From the NCBI GenBank assembly GCA_034003725.1, contig JAVEYB010000001.1:154466-218465 (forward strand): a stretch of DNA of 64,000 bases, given 5' to 3'. This stretch comes from Candidatus Zixiibacteriota bacterium (GTDB lineage: Bacteria; Zixibacteria; MSB-5A5; GN15; FEB-12). This document shows positions 56,173 to 64,000 of the stretch, piece by piece. The notes under the pieces were generated by a model that searched no databases, had not been told where the DNA came from, and was given only the letters and a program-made list of their open reading frames with translations. How positions within the stretch are numbered: the stretch's first letter is position 1; each line of letters opens with the position of its first letter. The translations under genes were made by a program, and so were the position numbers.

Positions 56173-57172
56173 ACTTTCTCTTCTCCTCGGCATATTGATC
56201 GTAGATTTCCAATACCTGGAATGCGCGTTTCTTGCCGGCCAGACCCGGGTGCGCCGTGTACTTCTTCTGACGGTTCACCCAGATATCGATCGGCTGCGAT
56301 ATCTTCTTCTCCGATGGAATCACGTCCCCCAGCTTCAAGCGGAGAAAATCGCGCATTTTGATTCGCGACTGCAGCAATACCGCGGCGACATCGGCCTGGA
56401 CGTCCTTCAGGTTGTCCGAATTGACGTCGCGGTCGACCGCCAGATTCTTCTTCTTGGTGGCGTCGATCCAGTTCTGCGCCGACAGCTTCGAAATGACCGG
56501 CTCCAGCGACACGTACGGATAGCAGATCGTCAGCAATCCCGTCGACTGAAACAGCTTTATCTGCAGGGATATCACCACCACCGTCTCGCCCGGCGGCACG
56601 ATCTGAATGAACTGCGGATTCGTTTCGAAACTGATCTGCTCGATCTCGATCTGCACCAGGTGCTCCCACGACCGGGCCAGCTCCCGGTACAGCCGCTGCA
56701 CGAGCCGGCCCATCACCGATCGCTCGATACCGGTCAACTCCCGCTCCGACTCCAGAATCTTGCCGTGACCGCCGAACATGCGGTCGATCAGCGAAAACGT
56801 CAGCGTCGGATTGAAGTCGACCAGACACACGGCCTCCAGCGGTCGCGCCGAAAACGTGTACGTACTCGACGGGCTCACCAAAGACATGATGAACTCCGAA
56901 TAGGTGATCTGGTCCACCGAGACGAGATCGACGTCGACGATCGAACGCAGCACGGTTGACAACGACGAGCCGAAATGGCCCGCGAAGTTGTCGTGCATGT
57001 TTTCGAGCGTGCGGATCTGATCCTTGGACACCCGGTTCGGGTGCTTGAAGTCGTAGGCGACGATCGACCGAAGTTTCTCGTCGTCGAAATCCGCCGCACT
57101 CGCCTCTGAGTCGCCCGACGTCACCGTCGTCAACAGGGCATCGATCTCGTCCTGTGAAAGAATCTTGGCCAC
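56150..57172 (-). CDS. fliM: Flagellar motor switch protein FliM
   Basis: N-terminal CheY-P binding motif MAKILSQDEIDALL. Central FliM domain and C-terminal SpoA domain. Confidence 0.9.
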   Translation of the reverse strand: MAKILSQDEIDALLTTVTSGDSEASAADFDDEKLRSIVAYDFKHPNRVSKDQIRTLENMHDNFAGHFGSSLSTVLRSIVDVDLVSVDQITYSEFIMSLVSPSSTYTFSARPLEAVCLVDFNPTLTFSLIDRMFGGHGKILESERELTGIERSVMGRLVQRLYRELARSWEHLVQIEIEQISFETNPQFIQIVPPGETVVVISLQIKLFQSTGLLTICYPYVSLEPVISKLSAQNWIDATKKKNLAVDRDVNSDNLKDVQADVAAVLLQSRIKMRDFLRLKLGDVIPSEKKISQPIDIWVNRQKKYTAHPGLAGKKRAFQVLEIYDQYAEEKRKYAGREGS

Positions 57173-57184
57173 GGTATCACGTTC

Positions 57185-57745
57185 CTATTGCAGCACGAAA
57201 TCCGTATAGTACACGCCGACCAGTTGATCGGTCTTGAGCAGCTGCTCGAGCCGTTTTTTCACCTGGTAGCGCATGATCTCTTTTTCCCGCGCATCGGTCA
57301 GCTGGGCGACCGACTTGGACGACAGGATGGTAATCAGCGCGTCCCGCACCAGCGGTTCCCGCACCTCGAATTCGCTCGCGAGCGCCGAACTGGCAAGCTC
57401 GAATCCGAACGATACCGACAGGAAGCGCGAGCCGCCCGTTCCCGAGGGGTTCACCACGATGTCGTCGATCGCATACATGATGGCGTTGCCCATCTTCGTG
57501 GCATGTGAGCCTTTCGACTTCTCGCCGTGTTCGCCGGCGGCTTCGGCCTTCTCCTCGTGAGTGGCGCTGGAGACCGGTGCGCTGGGGGCATCGTCTCCGC
57601 CCATCATGAAAAACGCACCACCCGCGCCGCCCAGCACGACCACGGCGCCGATAATGATGAACAGCATCAGGTTCGACTTCTTCTTCGGCGCCTCATGCGC
57701 ATCGTCCGACACTTCAACTGTAGTCTTCTCTTCTTCTGGCGGCAT
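57185..57745 (-). CDS. fliL: Flagellar basal-body-associated protein FliL
   Basis: One TM helix, then IVVNPSGTGGSRFLSVSFGFEL...ITILSSKSVAQL, typical of FliL. Position upstream of fliM. Confidence 0.8.
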   Translation of the reverse strand: MPPEEEKTTVEVSDDAHEAPKKKSNLMLFIIIGAVVVLGGAGGAFFMMGGDDAPSAPVSSATHEEKAEAAGEHGEKSKGSHATKMGNAIMYAIDDIVVNPSGTGGSRFLSVSFGFELASSALASEFEVREPLVRDALITILSSKSVAQLTDAREKEIMRYQVKKRLEQLLKTDQLVGVYYTDFVLQ

Positions 57746-57879
57746 GGCTGCCTCCTGATTATGCGTCGGCCGACGGCCGGGATGAACCCGGCCGGTCGAC
57801 CGTTGTTTGTACGCGGCCGGTCACACGCTCGAAGCGTACGGCTTCGTTTCCGTATGTGCGAACGGCCTCCGTCATCTCA

Positions 57880-59889
57880 TTATCTCTTCAGATTCACCAG
57901 CTCGTCCAGCATGCTGTCCGAGGTGGTAATTATCCGTGAATTCGCCTGGAATCCGCGCTGCGTCGTTATCATCGTCGTGAACTCCTGCGAGATGTCCACC
58001 GACGACGCCTCCAGCGCGCCCGATGTTATCTCGCCCGAGACGGTCGACCCGGCGACGCCCTGAACCGCCTGCCCGGAGTTCGCCGACTCCTGGTACAGTG
58101 ACCGCCCTGCCTTGCGCAGACCGGCCTGGTTGTTGAAATCGGCCAGCATGATCTGCGCCAGAACCCGGGTGACACCGTTCGAGAATATCCCCGAGATATT
58201 CCCGGCCTTATCGATCGAGATCTTCTCAAGGATACCCAGACCGTATCCGTCCTGGCCGATGATCGACGCCGTATGCGGCGACCCGAACTGCGTGAGACCG
58301 CTGAATTCGAACGGCGTGCCCGCATCGAACGCGATTCGCATCGTCTCCGCGCCGTTGTTCGGCTCGATCGTCATACCGTTCGCCCCGGCCGAATACTCGA
58401 ACGCGTTCAGCGATCCGTCGGCGTTGAACTGCACGTAGCCGCGGCCCCCGACCGTAATCGTCTCGTTGCCGAGCATCGTTGCCGTCCACTCCCAGCGGCT
58501 CTGGACATTGGACTTCGAGAATTCAATCGTCAGCGTGTGCTTCGTTCCCTGCGAGTCATACACGTTGATCGACGTCGAGTGGATGGTCGGCTCCGTGCTG
58601 ATCACGAGCGGATCATCGCTCGCCGGATCGGCCGGGTTCGCCAGGGTCGTCGTGATCCCGTCGCTGCCCGCCTTGATTTCCACGCTGTCGTCGCCGCCCA
58701 GTCCCGTCAGCCCGGTGACGATACCGGTATTCTCGTCAATGACATAATCGAGATTGGTCGTGAACGGCCCCACTGCCGCCCCGGTCCCGCGGTCCGGCGT
58801 GAAGGTATCGGTCGCCACGAACGTGTGCGCAATACCGTTGCTGGCGCCGAACGTCGAACCGTTCGCGCCGAACAACACGCCGATCATGTTGCCGCTGACC
58901 ACACCGGTCACCGCGTCGGTCGTCGTCGTGCCGGTCCCCGATTCGAAGCTGTACAATCCCGCCTTGTTGCGGGTGATCTGCAGCTCGCCGCCAACCAGGT
59001 CAGCCGTCAGACCTTCAATTTCAGTGATCGCGTTGATGACATCCTGGATGGTTGACGTCGCCGAGAGCCCGCTGACGTTTTGCGTCGTTGAGTCCCCGTC
59101 GATCCGGAAACCGAGCGAGAAATCGGTGATATGCAGCGAACCGAGCGTATCGGTCAGCGACAGCCCGCCGATCGGGACGCCGGCGTCGTCGGTCGCGACA
59201 TTTGCACCCGTGGCGACGGAGTTGGTCGCCTGGTTGCCCGTAATCGAAATCGAGTGCGTTCCGCCGACACCGTCAAGAGCGATACCGGATACCGATACGA
59301 CGCTGGACAGGCCGGACGACTCGAGCGTGGTGCGGGCGTCGGTCGCCGATGCGTCGAGATTGTTGGCCAGCGTCACCAGTTCGGTCGCCTGGGCCGGGTC
59401 CTGCTGCCCGAACGGCAGCTGGATCGGGCCGGTCGTCGCCAGCGACGGTATCTGGCCGGTCGCGTCGGCCATGCGGCCGAGTACGTACAGACCGGTCGCC
59501 GGATCTACCAGAGTCGAGTCGGCGTCAAAACCGAATGCACCGGCGCGCGTGTAAAAACGATTGTTGTTGTTATCGCCAAGAATGAAAAATCCGCTTCCCT
59601 GAATCGCCAGATCGGTAATCTGGCCCGTCGTCTCCAGACCGCCCTGCTGGAACAGGTTGTCCACTGAGGCTACCTGCATGCCCAGCCCGAGCTGAACCGG
59701 ATTGGTACCGCCGGATACGGTTGAGGGCCGTCCCGCGCCCCGCGTCGTCTGCACAAGTGCTTCCTGAAAATTCACACGACCGGCTTTGAAACCGATAGTG
59801 TTGATGTTCGCGATGTTGTTACCGATCACGTTCATCTTGACCTGATGATTCTTCAGGCCCGAGACACCTGCGTACAGTGATGCCATCAT
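57880..59889 (-). CDS. flgE: Flagellar hook protein FlgE (long form, 669 aa)
   Basis: N-terminus MMASLYAGVSGLKNHQVKMNVIGNNIANINTIGFK and C-terminus FTTMITTQRGFQANSRIITTSDSMLDELVNLKR. Confidence 0.9.
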   Translation of the reverse strand: MMASLYAGVSGLKNHQVKMNVIGNNIANINTIGFKAGRVNFQEALVQTTRGAGRPSTVSGGTNPVQLGLGMQVASVDNLFQQGGLETTGQITDLAIQGSGFFILGDNNNNRFYTRAGAFGFDADSTLVDPATGLYVLGRMADATGQIPSLATTGPIQLPFGQQDPAQATELVTLANNLDASATDARTTLESSGLSSVVSVSGIALDGVGGTHSISITGNQATNSVATGANVATDDAGVPIGGLSLTDTLGSLHITDFSLGFRIDGDSTTQNVSGLSATSTIQDVINAITEIEGLTADLVGGELQITRNKAGLYSFESGTGTTTTDAVTGVVSGNMIGVLFGANGSTFGASNGIAHTFVATDTFTPDRGTGAAVGPFTTNLDYVIDENTGIVTGLTGLGGDDSVEIKAGSDGITTTLANPADPASDDPLVISTEPTIHSTSINVYDSQGTKHTLTIEFSKSNVQSRWEWTATMLGNETITVGGRGYVQFNADGSLNAFEYSAGANGMTIEPNNGAETMRIAFDAGTPFEFSGLTQFGSPHTASIIGQDGYGLGILEKISIDKAGNISGIFSNGVTRVLAQIMLADFNNQAGLRKAGRSLYQESANSGQAVQGVAGSTVSGEITSGALEASSVDISQEFTTMITTQRGFQANSRIITTSDSMLDELVNLKR

Positions 59890-59991
59890 GATCCAGTTTC
59901 CTTCTTTCTGTCACACGTGGCTTCCCCATCTCCAATGGGGTCCGGCCAGGTATGAATGGTTCCGCGTATTGACATTGCTTCCTTCGTTTCC

Positions 59992-60387
59992 CTACAGGAT
60001 CACTGCGGAATCGATCGACGTAACCACGCCTTCGCGAAGGTTTTCGCGATCGAACGCCGTGATGACCGTGCGATTCTTCACCGAAACCACCAGCGCGGCA
60101 TCATCGGTGAGGATCAGCGTTTCCTTCGACCCTTTCAGCTCCGCTTTGTCGATGGCGCCCGCGATGCGACCCATCAACTCGTTGCCGATTTCGATGCCCC
60201 GTGAGTACAGCCGCTCGCTGGCGTGTTTCGAAAACGTCACGCCGCGCGACCCGGCCAGTTCCTGCGAGAACATCTGCTCGAACGAGTTCTTCCCGGATAC
60301 CGACTCGGTCGGCTGCTTGCCCCGTCGCGAGATTTCCAGCAAATCCACGGGACGCTGGTAGTTCGAGATTTTCAGCGCGTTTGCCAT
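59992..60387 (-). CDS. Small flagellar operon protein (TIGR02530-like, between flgD and flgE)
   Basis: VTFSKHASERLYSRGIEI motif. Its position between flgD and flgE matches Firmicutes and Spirochaete operons. Confidence 0.6.
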   Translation of the reverse strand: MANALKISNYQRPVDLLEISRRGKQPTESVSGKNSFEQMFSQELAGSRGVTFSKHASERLYSRGIEIGNELMGRIAGAIDKAELKGSKETLILTDDAALVVSVKNRTVITAFDRENLREGVVTSIDSAVIL

Positions 60388-60423
60388 GTTCTTTCCCTCG
60401 TCGCCTCTCACCCGATCGTAGTC

Positions 60424-61128
60424 CTATCCGTCGTCCTCGTCACCGGCCAGCGCGCCCGCCTCACCAACCGAGACGATATCACCCAGCGAAATCTCCATGC
60501 CGCCGGCGTTGAGATACGCGGCGCCGTCGCGATAGGTGATACTGTCCACGCGGGCAATCAACTTGACCGGCGGCGTGTAGCTGACGCCATCGGCGTCCAT
60601 ACCGCTCGCTTCAACTTCATAATATCCCGCCGGCACCCGGTTGCCCTGGTTGTCCTTGCCGTCCCAGGACACCGTCTGCGGACCCTCGGCGACATTCTCC
60701 ACCGTAATGCGGCGAATCACGTCCCCGGCGTCGTTGCGTATGAGAAACTCGATCTCGGTCGCATACCGATCGTTGGTGAAATTCATTTTGGCGTCGTTCT
60801 CGCCGTCGAAGTAAACCCCGTCGAGATCGGTCTGCACGTCACGCCCCAGCAGATTCGTCGCCAGCGCGTTGTTCAGAGACTGCATCTGGAGAAAGTCCCA
60901 CTCGTTGGCCTGCGCGATTCCCTCGGAAATATTGTTCATCTGCTCGAGCGATGAAAACTGCGCCAGCTGCGCGATGAAATCCTCGTCGGCCATCGGCTCC
61001 AGCGGATCCTGGTACTGAAGTTTCGTAACCAGCAGCGACAGGAAGTCATCCTTGCCGAGGGACTGGGTCGCGCCGGTCATCTTCGCGTTTCCCGATGCGT
61101 CCGTGGCGATTGGCGATATAAAACCCAT
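60424..61128 (-). CDS. flgD: Flagellar hook capping/assembly protein FlgD
   Basis: LGKDDFLSLLVTKLQYQDPLEPM motif plus a C-terminal FlgD Ig-like domain. Confidence 0.85.
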   Translation of the reverse strand: MGFISPIATDASGNAKMTGATQSLGKDDFLSLLVTKLQYQDPLEPMADEDFIAQLAQFSSLEQMNNISEGIAQANEWDFLQMQSLNNALATNLLGRDVQTDLDGVYFDGENDAKMNFTNDRYATEIEFLIRNDAGDVIRRITVENVAEGPQTVSWDGKDNQGNRVPAGYYEVEASGMDADGVSYTPPVKLIARVDSITYRDGAAYLNAGGMEISLGDIVSVGEAGALAGDEDDG

Positions 61129-61139
61129 ATCATATGCTC

Positions 61140-62822
61140 CTATGCGTACACGTTGACTCCGCGCGGTCCGATTGTGCCGCGCATCCGCCTGGTGGCGTCA
61201 GCCGCCATCGAGCCCTCAACGACCGATACGTCGTTTTCGTCGAAAAATCGCGCGCGGACCCTGCCGCGCATCCCGAAGTTTCTCTCGAAGAACTGGTGCC
61301 GGGGCTGATCGCCGGCCACGTTTACCTCGATCAGATCTACCTTTATGCCGGCCCGCTGCAGTTGCGCCGTCAACTGGTCGAGCGACTGCTCAACCACCGT
61401 CCGCGCCTGCGGTGTATCAACCGTCACACGGGCCGTCAACGCACCCTCGCGCATCGCCAATCGAACCCGCGCCGGACCGAGATGCTCGGGGTCGATCATG
61501 ATCGTCAAGGCCCGCCCGTCCGGCTTCAACGCCGTCCGAATGTCGTCAGGAAGCGTAAACCGTACGCCGCCGGTCGGCACCCGGTCCGGGTTGACACGAG
61601 CCGCGTCGACTGACTGAATCGACTGCTGGCCCGGTAACGTTGTCTCGTCGGAGATGTCCGATTCCAGCGCTACCAGATCCATCCGTCCGGTCTTTTCGCT
61701 GAACCTGCGTGTGAGCGGATCAAACACTGCACCCCGGAACTGATCCTCGGCAACGACTGAGCGGGCCACATTCATTGGGGTTAAAAACTCATTTTCGGGC
61801 GGCTCACTGTGCGGCATGGAGTGCTGCGACGCGCGCTGCGTGACGAGCCTGCGGGCTCCGACCGACTCCTGCGGCAGTTCACGCCGCACACTGACGATCT
61901 GCGACTGGCGTTCACCTGTGACGACAATCGCCAGCTTCCCGTCGTCCACCCGCCCCGTCTGCACATAGTCAGTCTTTGCGTTGTTGACATTGCTGGTTCC
62001 GTCATCGGCATTACGCGAGATCCGCAGTTCCCTGATGTTCAGTTGAGCCAGCAAGCGGGCAATGTCGCCGGTTTGGTTTGGTGTGTCGTTGAGCGCCACC
62101 CGTGCCGCCGCCTGCTTCATGGGCTGTTCGGTCGGACGGGTTACGTCGACGGCAAAATCGTCCAGCAACTCCAGCGGAGCCGATATCTTCACGACCTCGA
62201 GCGGAGCATCTTCGGAAACCACGGTGAACTCGACCGTATCCGCCAGGACTGTCGTGTCAAGCACTCGATAAACACCCGCCTCGACCGGCACCTGCTGAGA
62301 CGTCGCAACCGCGCCGCCGCGCGATGCCAGAAGCGACGCAACCTCTCGTGACGTCAGCCGCGCGATAGATTCCATCGAAAGCTCACCCCGGACCTCCTCC
62401 GGGACGGACAAGAGCACATCTTCATCGAAAGCGTCGGCTGCCGACATGCCGTGCACTCGGACTTGTTCCGGCGAAAGACTCTGCACCGTCGCATCGAACA
62501 GCCTTTCGGAATCGGGCGTCAATGAAGACGCGACCGGGATTTGCGGCTGAGCGACAGCTGTCGCCGGAGTGAGCCCGATACCCAGCCCGAGAGGCGTTGG
62601 GAGAACCTCCGTCCCCCGCTGTCCCTCATTCGCCTGACTGTGCAACAACGCCTGCCAATCGACCGGGGCGCCCCCGTCCGGCTCCTGCTGCCGGCTCATG
62701 ATCAACTGCAGCAGCGCGCCGAACGGTCCTCCTTGAATAGGATCGGACGATCGCGTCGCGGCTGAGTCGGGACTCATTGGTCCCAGCAGCAAATCGAATA
62801 TGGAAGCGTTGTTCTGTATCAC
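61140..62822 (-). CDS. fliK: Flagellar hook-length control protein FliK
   Basis: C-terminal Flg_hook domain LTIMIDPEHLGPARVRLAMREGALTARVTVDTPQARTVVEQSLDQLTAQLQRAGI. Low-complexity N-terminal ruler. Position upstream of flgD. Confidence 0.75.
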   Translation of the reverse strand: MIQNNASIFDLLLGPMSPDSAATRSSDPIQGGPFGALLQLIMSRQQEPDGGAPVDWQALLHSQANEGQRGTEVLPTPLGLGIGLTPATAVAQPQIPVASSLTPDSERLFDATVQSLSPEQVRVHGMSAADAFDEDVLLSVPEEVRGELSMESIARLTSREVASLLASRGGAVATSQQVPVEAGVYRVLDTTVLADTVEFTVVSEDAPLEVVKISAPLELLDDFAVDVTRPTEQPMKQAAARVALNDTPNQTGDIARLLAQLNIRELRISRNADDGTSNVNNAKTDYVQTGRVDDGKLAIVVTGERQSQIVSVRRELPQESVGARRLVTQRASQHSMPHSEPPENEFLTPMNVARSVVAEDQFRGAVFDPLTRRFSEKTGRMDLVALESDISDETTLPGQQSIQSVDAARVNPDRVPTGGVRFTLPDDIRTALKPDGRALTIMIDPEHLGPARVRLAMREGALTARVTVDTPQARTVVEQSLDQLTAQLQRAGIKVDLIEVNVAGDQPRHQFFERNFGMRGRVRARFFDENDVSVVEGSMAADATRRMRGTIGPRGVNVYA

Positions 62823-62824
62823 GA

Positions 62825-63631
62825 TCAGTTCTCTGCGATAGTTATCATCTGCTTGGAGAGTTTTGCCGCCCGCACCGCCGGCATCAGCGACAGCACCTGC
62901 GATGCATTCTTCTGCTTCATGCGCGGCAGAATCGACACCACGGTCTCGTCATCGAGGTTCGCCACCAGTTTCGCAACCGAACGCGGGTCCATCCCGTCAT
63001 AAAGCTTGGCCAGATCCGTCACCCGGGCCGACTCCGCTTGCTCGATTCGAAGTATTTTCTGCGAGACCTTCTTATCAAGTATCTCAAGCTCGCGCTGTCG
63101 GGCATTGAGTTCCTCTTCCTTTTTCGCGAGTCGGTCCGTTTCCTGCTGAATCCACTGCGCCGCCTCGATCGAGTCCTCCTTCGACATTCCTTCGGATTCC
63201 CCCGACAACTCGTCGGCGGTGACTTCCGGGTCATAGTCAAGGAATTCGAGGTTCGCCATGATATCGCCAAGTACACCGGAGTCGTCTTTGATGGTAATCG
63301 GATCGAATGGCTCAAAATCGGGTATATCCGGTTCGGTATACGGCTCCGGGCTCACGGCCTGTTCTCCGTGGCCGGGTGTGGCTGTCTGGGTAGTCTGCGG
63401 GACTTCGGCTACCACGGCAGAGTCACTCGAAGCGGACTCGGAAGGCGTCGGCTCGCCGCCCATTAATAGAGCGGTGGTGGTAATCGCGAGCGCGATCACC
63501 AGGATCCCGATTACTCCGAAAAGCAGATAAATCCGCGGAAATCCCGGCTTTCCGCCGCTGTCGGCAGCGGCCGTCGCCGGTGTAGCAGGCTCTGACATTT
63601 CGCGCAACTCGTCGTTCACGATATACTCCAC
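62825..63631 (-). CDS. YlxF/MotE-like flagellar protein (TM anchor, coiled coil, MgtE-N-like C-terminal region)
   Basis: TM helix IYLLFGVIGILVIALAI. Coiled coil (AKKEEELNARQRELEILDKK). C-terminus LYDGMDPRSVAKLVANLDDETVVSILPRMKQKNASQVLSLM. The start is uncertain: GTG 63631 or ATG 63598. Confidence 0.5.
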   Translation of the reverse strand: MEYIVNDELREMSEPATPATAAADSGGKPGFPRIYLLFGVIGILVIALAITTTALLMGGEPTPSESASSDSAVVAEVPQTTQTATPGHGEQAVSPEPYTEPDIPDFEPFDPITIKDDSGVLGDIMANLEFLDYDPEVTADELSGESEGMSKEDSIEAAQWIQQETDRLAKKEEELNARQRELEILDKKVSQKILRIEQAESARVTDLAKLYDGMDPRSVAKLVANLDDETVVSILPRMKQKNASQVLSLMPAVRAAKLSKQMITIAEN

Positions 63632-63788
63632 ATAGTTGCAGTTTTCCGAGGAGTCTCATCGCAAGGCGCATGCCGAATGTGGTTATCACACGATATCACG
63701 CTATCACACAATAGATTACGCCAACCGTGACGGTCCCTCGGGAACTGCGGCCGCATCCCCCTTCAGAAAAATTTTCCGTCACACCCGG

Positions 63789-63815
63789 AAAAAAAAACGG
63801 CCCCGTACGGCGCCG
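63789..63815 (-). terminator. Orphan terminator-like hairpin plus T9 tract on the minus strand
   Basis: The minus strand reads cggcgccgtacggggccg followed by 9 T. It lies between the divergent cmk and the first flagellar gene, with no annotated minus-strand gene upstream of it. Confidence 0.35.
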
Positions 63816-63880
63816 TCTGCGGTATCAAAGGTATGGCTTTCCAATTGCGGGTGCGGAGTGCATCGGTTACTTTGGGTCGC

Positions 63881-64000
63881 ATGACTCAACGTATCCCGGA
63901 CCATTCAAAGCACGACTGCCGCGTGGTGGCGATCGACGGACCCGCGGGGTCAGGCAAGTCGACCACCGCCAAACTCGTGGCCGCCCGCCTCGGCTACCGA
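63881..64000 (+). CDS. cmk: Cytidylate kinase, N-terminal fragment (3' truncated by the window edge)
   Basis: MTQRIPDHSKHDCRVVAIDGPAGSGKSTTAKLVAARLGYR. The IAIDGPAGSGKST-AK-LA--LG P-loop region is characteristic of Cmk. Confidence 0.75.
   Translation, partial: MTQRIPDHSKHDCRVVAIDGPAGSGKSTTAKLVAARLGYR

Noticed and set aside
63735-63755. Possible sigma-54 promoter (TGGCGT-N5-ATTGT on the minus strand) ahead of the flagellar operon.
   Set aside because: The GG-to-GC spacing is off by one and the -12 GC dinucleotide is replaced by GT. No enhancer-binding-protein gene is nearby.

Overview
GC-rich (by eye about 60%) bacterial chromosomal segment. It probably comes from an uncultivated FCB-superphylum-like lineage: three proteins end in the T9SS-type C-terminal sorting motif (SGVYFYR...KMLLLK) and several carry dockerin-like EF-hand modules. 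Nearly all genes between 3.3 and 63.6 kb are on the minus strand. Many long ORFs in the supplied track are antisense shadow ORFs caused by the GC bias. Blocks: (1) 0-10.4 kb holds envelope and housekeeping genes: PP2C phosphatase, tRNA-Arg, GYD protein, a 206-bp tandem repeat, CorA, MscS, a Met-rich periplasmic protein, an MCP with a sigma-28-like promoter, and a porin. (2) 10.7-17.2 kb holds a RiPP-type locus. Two paralogous Cys-rich precursor peptides (35 and 38 aa, GTG starts, below the ORF-track length cutoff) sit upstream of two translationally coupled radical SAM/SPASM maturases and an ABC exporter. This is the most interesting element, and its layout recalls two-peptide sactipeptides such as thuricin CD. 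(3) 17.3-21.5 kb holds surface proteins: an FN3 lipoprotein, a dockerin-like protein and two paralogous secreted proteins. (4) 21.9-25.4 kb holds a Na+-translocating biotin decarboxylase operon of the methylmalonyl-CoA decarboxylase type. (5) 26-38 kb holds a 1431-aa T9SS adhesin plus small envelope and stress genes (SPFH, DinB, RDD) and tRNA-Ser. (6) 38.4-63.6 kb holds a roughly 25 kb flagellar superoperon: ylxF-like, fliK, flgD, flgE, fliLMNOPQR, flhBAFG, fliA. Its tail is an unusual signalling module with three tandem PilZ proteins, a GAF-DHp protein lacking a kinase catalytic domain, a mini MCP-tip-like protein, two receiver proteins and FapA. No transposase, integrase, CRISPR array or rRNA was seen. 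All functional calls rest on motif recognition by eye. No database or HMM search was possible.
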